From Candidatus Eiseniibacteriota bacterium (GTDB taxonomy: Bacteria; Orphanbacterota; Orphanbacteria; Orphanbacterales; Orphanbacteraceae), in contig JBDROZ010000088.1 in assembly GCA_043809585.1 (NCBI GenBank), positions 62,001-92,096 of the forward strand: DNA of 30,096 nucleotides. The letters run 5' to 3'. A program made the position numbers and the translations under genes. Shown in pieces: positions 28,733-30,096 of this stretch. Position 1 is the stretch's first letter, and each line of letters begins with the position of its first letter. Below the pieces are notes generated by a model that saw only the letters and a program-made list of their open reading frames with translations, did no database searches and was not told where the DNA came from.

Positions 28733-29959
28733 GTGAAGAAGACGGTTCTTCTTGTCGCGACGGCGTGTTTGCTGTTCCCGGTGCTAGCACGGGGAGATGT
28801 GGAGGTGAAGCCCTACGGGTTCGTGCTCGTCAATTCCAGCTACAGCACGGATGCCATGACCGACATTCCGGTCCTCGCCCCCAAGGAGGACACCGGCAAT
28901 CCGAACTTTCTGATCACCCCGCGCCAAACCCGATTCGGCCTCAAGATGAAGAGCGATGCGGACTACACCCCCTCGGGAGTCATCGAACTCGATTTCTGGG
29001 GGCTCCGGGGAAGCGGCTCGAACGGCGGCCCGACGCAATCGGCGCCGCGGCTCCGCCGTGCCTTCCTCGAGCTTCATTTCGGTCGGGTCGCTCTCCTCGC
29101 GGGGCAGGAGTGGATAGTCTTCTCGCCGCTGAGCCCGACGTCGCTCATGCACACCTCCCTCCCCGGGATGATGTCGTCCGGAAACCTATGGGCCCGGCTT
29201 CCGCAGCTCCGGGGCACATTCAAACCGATCGCCGACGACAAGAACGAGTTCAAGATCGAGCTCGCCTTGACCCGGCCGTTCGGTGGTGACGGGACCATGA
29301 CTCCCGTCTCCCAGGGGGACGTGATCGCCTCGGGAGAGCTGTCGAGAGTGCCCGGGGTGCAGGGGCGTTTCGGCTACACGATGACGGGGAGCATGACTCT
29401 CTCGATCGGGGCCGGCGGTCATTTCGTGCGCGAGAAGTTCGGAGTCGATCCCCAGGGGGACGATGTGATCGGGACCGCCTATGCGGTGGGCGGAGATCTC
29501 ATGGTGAGCGCGGCCAAGGTCGCTGTGAGCGGAGAGGTCTTCTACGGCCAGAACATCAAGACCCTGTTCAGTAACGCGACCTACGTTCTGGACGAGACCG
29601 TGATCATCGACCAGGGTGGAATCGAAACCGGCCGTGAGCTCAACGATGTGAACGAGATCAAAGCCTTCGGCGGATGGGGCGAGATCAAGGTCCTTCCTTC
29701 GGAGAAGTGGGAGGCCGCCGTCAGCGTCGGTATCGAGTCGGTGGATGACGAGTTCCTCTCGAACGGGGCCGTTAAGACCAATCTGACCGCCATGGGGACG
29801 GTGATCAACAAGGCGGTGAAGGGGGTGAAGATCGGCCTCGAGGGAGGCTACATCAAGACGGAACGGATCGCCGACGACCCAGCCACGACCGGCACGAAGG
29901 AGACGGACGACGGCGGCACGAACCTGAACGGCAACCTGTCGTTCCTGTTCAGTTTCTAG
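28733..29959 (+). CDS. Outer-membrane porin, DcaP-like
   Basis: AGGAGG RBS plus GTG; signal peptide KKTVLLVATAC..ARG; VKPYGFV, QTRFGL, IELDFWG, PRLRRAF, LAGQEW; terminal LSFLFSF. Confidence 0.78.
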   Translation: MKKTVLLVATACLLFPVLARGDVEVKPYGFVLVNSSYSTDAMTDIPVLAPKEDTGNPNFLITPRQTRFGLKMKSDADYTPSGVIELDFWGLRGSGSNGGPTQSAPRLRRAFLELHFGRVALLAGQEWIVFSPLSPTSLMHTSLPGMMSSGNLWARLPQLRGTFKPIADDKNEFKIELALTRPFGGDGTMTPVSQGDVIASGELSRVPGVQGRFGYTMTGSMTLSIGAGGHFVREKFGVDPQGDDVIGTAYAVGGDLMVSAAKVAVSGEVFYGQNIKTLFSNATYVLDETVIIDQGGIETGRELNDVNEIKAFGGWGEIKVLPSEKWEAAVSVGIESVDDEFLSNGAVKTNLTAMGTVINKAVKGVKIGLEGGYIKTERIADDPATTGTKETDDGGTNLNGNLSFLFSF

Positions 29960-30096
29960 AATCGGTTTCACAACCTCCTTCGTCGCGAGATCGAGCGAAA
30001 GGTCCGGCGGCAAGGATCAAGGGGGAAAACGCCCGGAGGTGGCCTAAGAAGGCCATTGAGGACGTTTTTACCCGAGTACGCAGCCGCCGGGCCTTG

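Overview
GC-rich bacterial window, probably from an FCB-superphylum lineage, inferred from four secreted proteins sharing a FlgD/T9SS-like C-terminal domain. It holds two anaerobic-respiration modules separated by a block of secreted-protein genes. Left (1-7865): a partial multi-haem cytochrome c, then a Tat-exported type II DMSO-reductase-family operon (alpha, beta, haem-b gamma, chaperone). The alpha most resembles periplasmic, haloarchaeal-type NarG and is broken by a 1-nt indel in a G run. An orphan FdnI-like cytochrome b follows. Middle (8170-19974): Asp-box, beta-helix and double FG-GAP secreted proteins, a GT-C glycosyltransferase with TPRs, and a cupin. Next come REP-like repeats, an IS3 remnant, and a minus-strand porin plus GEGP-motif dihaem lipoprotein. 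Right (23894-29959): fdhE (frameshifted at a C12 tract), a selenocysteine formate dehydrogenase fdnG with a clear SECIS, fdnH and a DcaP-like porin. The most striking observation is an in-frame UGA (10617-10619) in the secreted beta-helix gene. It is followed by a hairpin whose GGUCU loop motif lies at +19, the same register as the fdnG SECIS in this window, making it a candidate new selenoprotein. A sequencing artefact is not excluded. All calls come from reading the sequence; no database searches were run.
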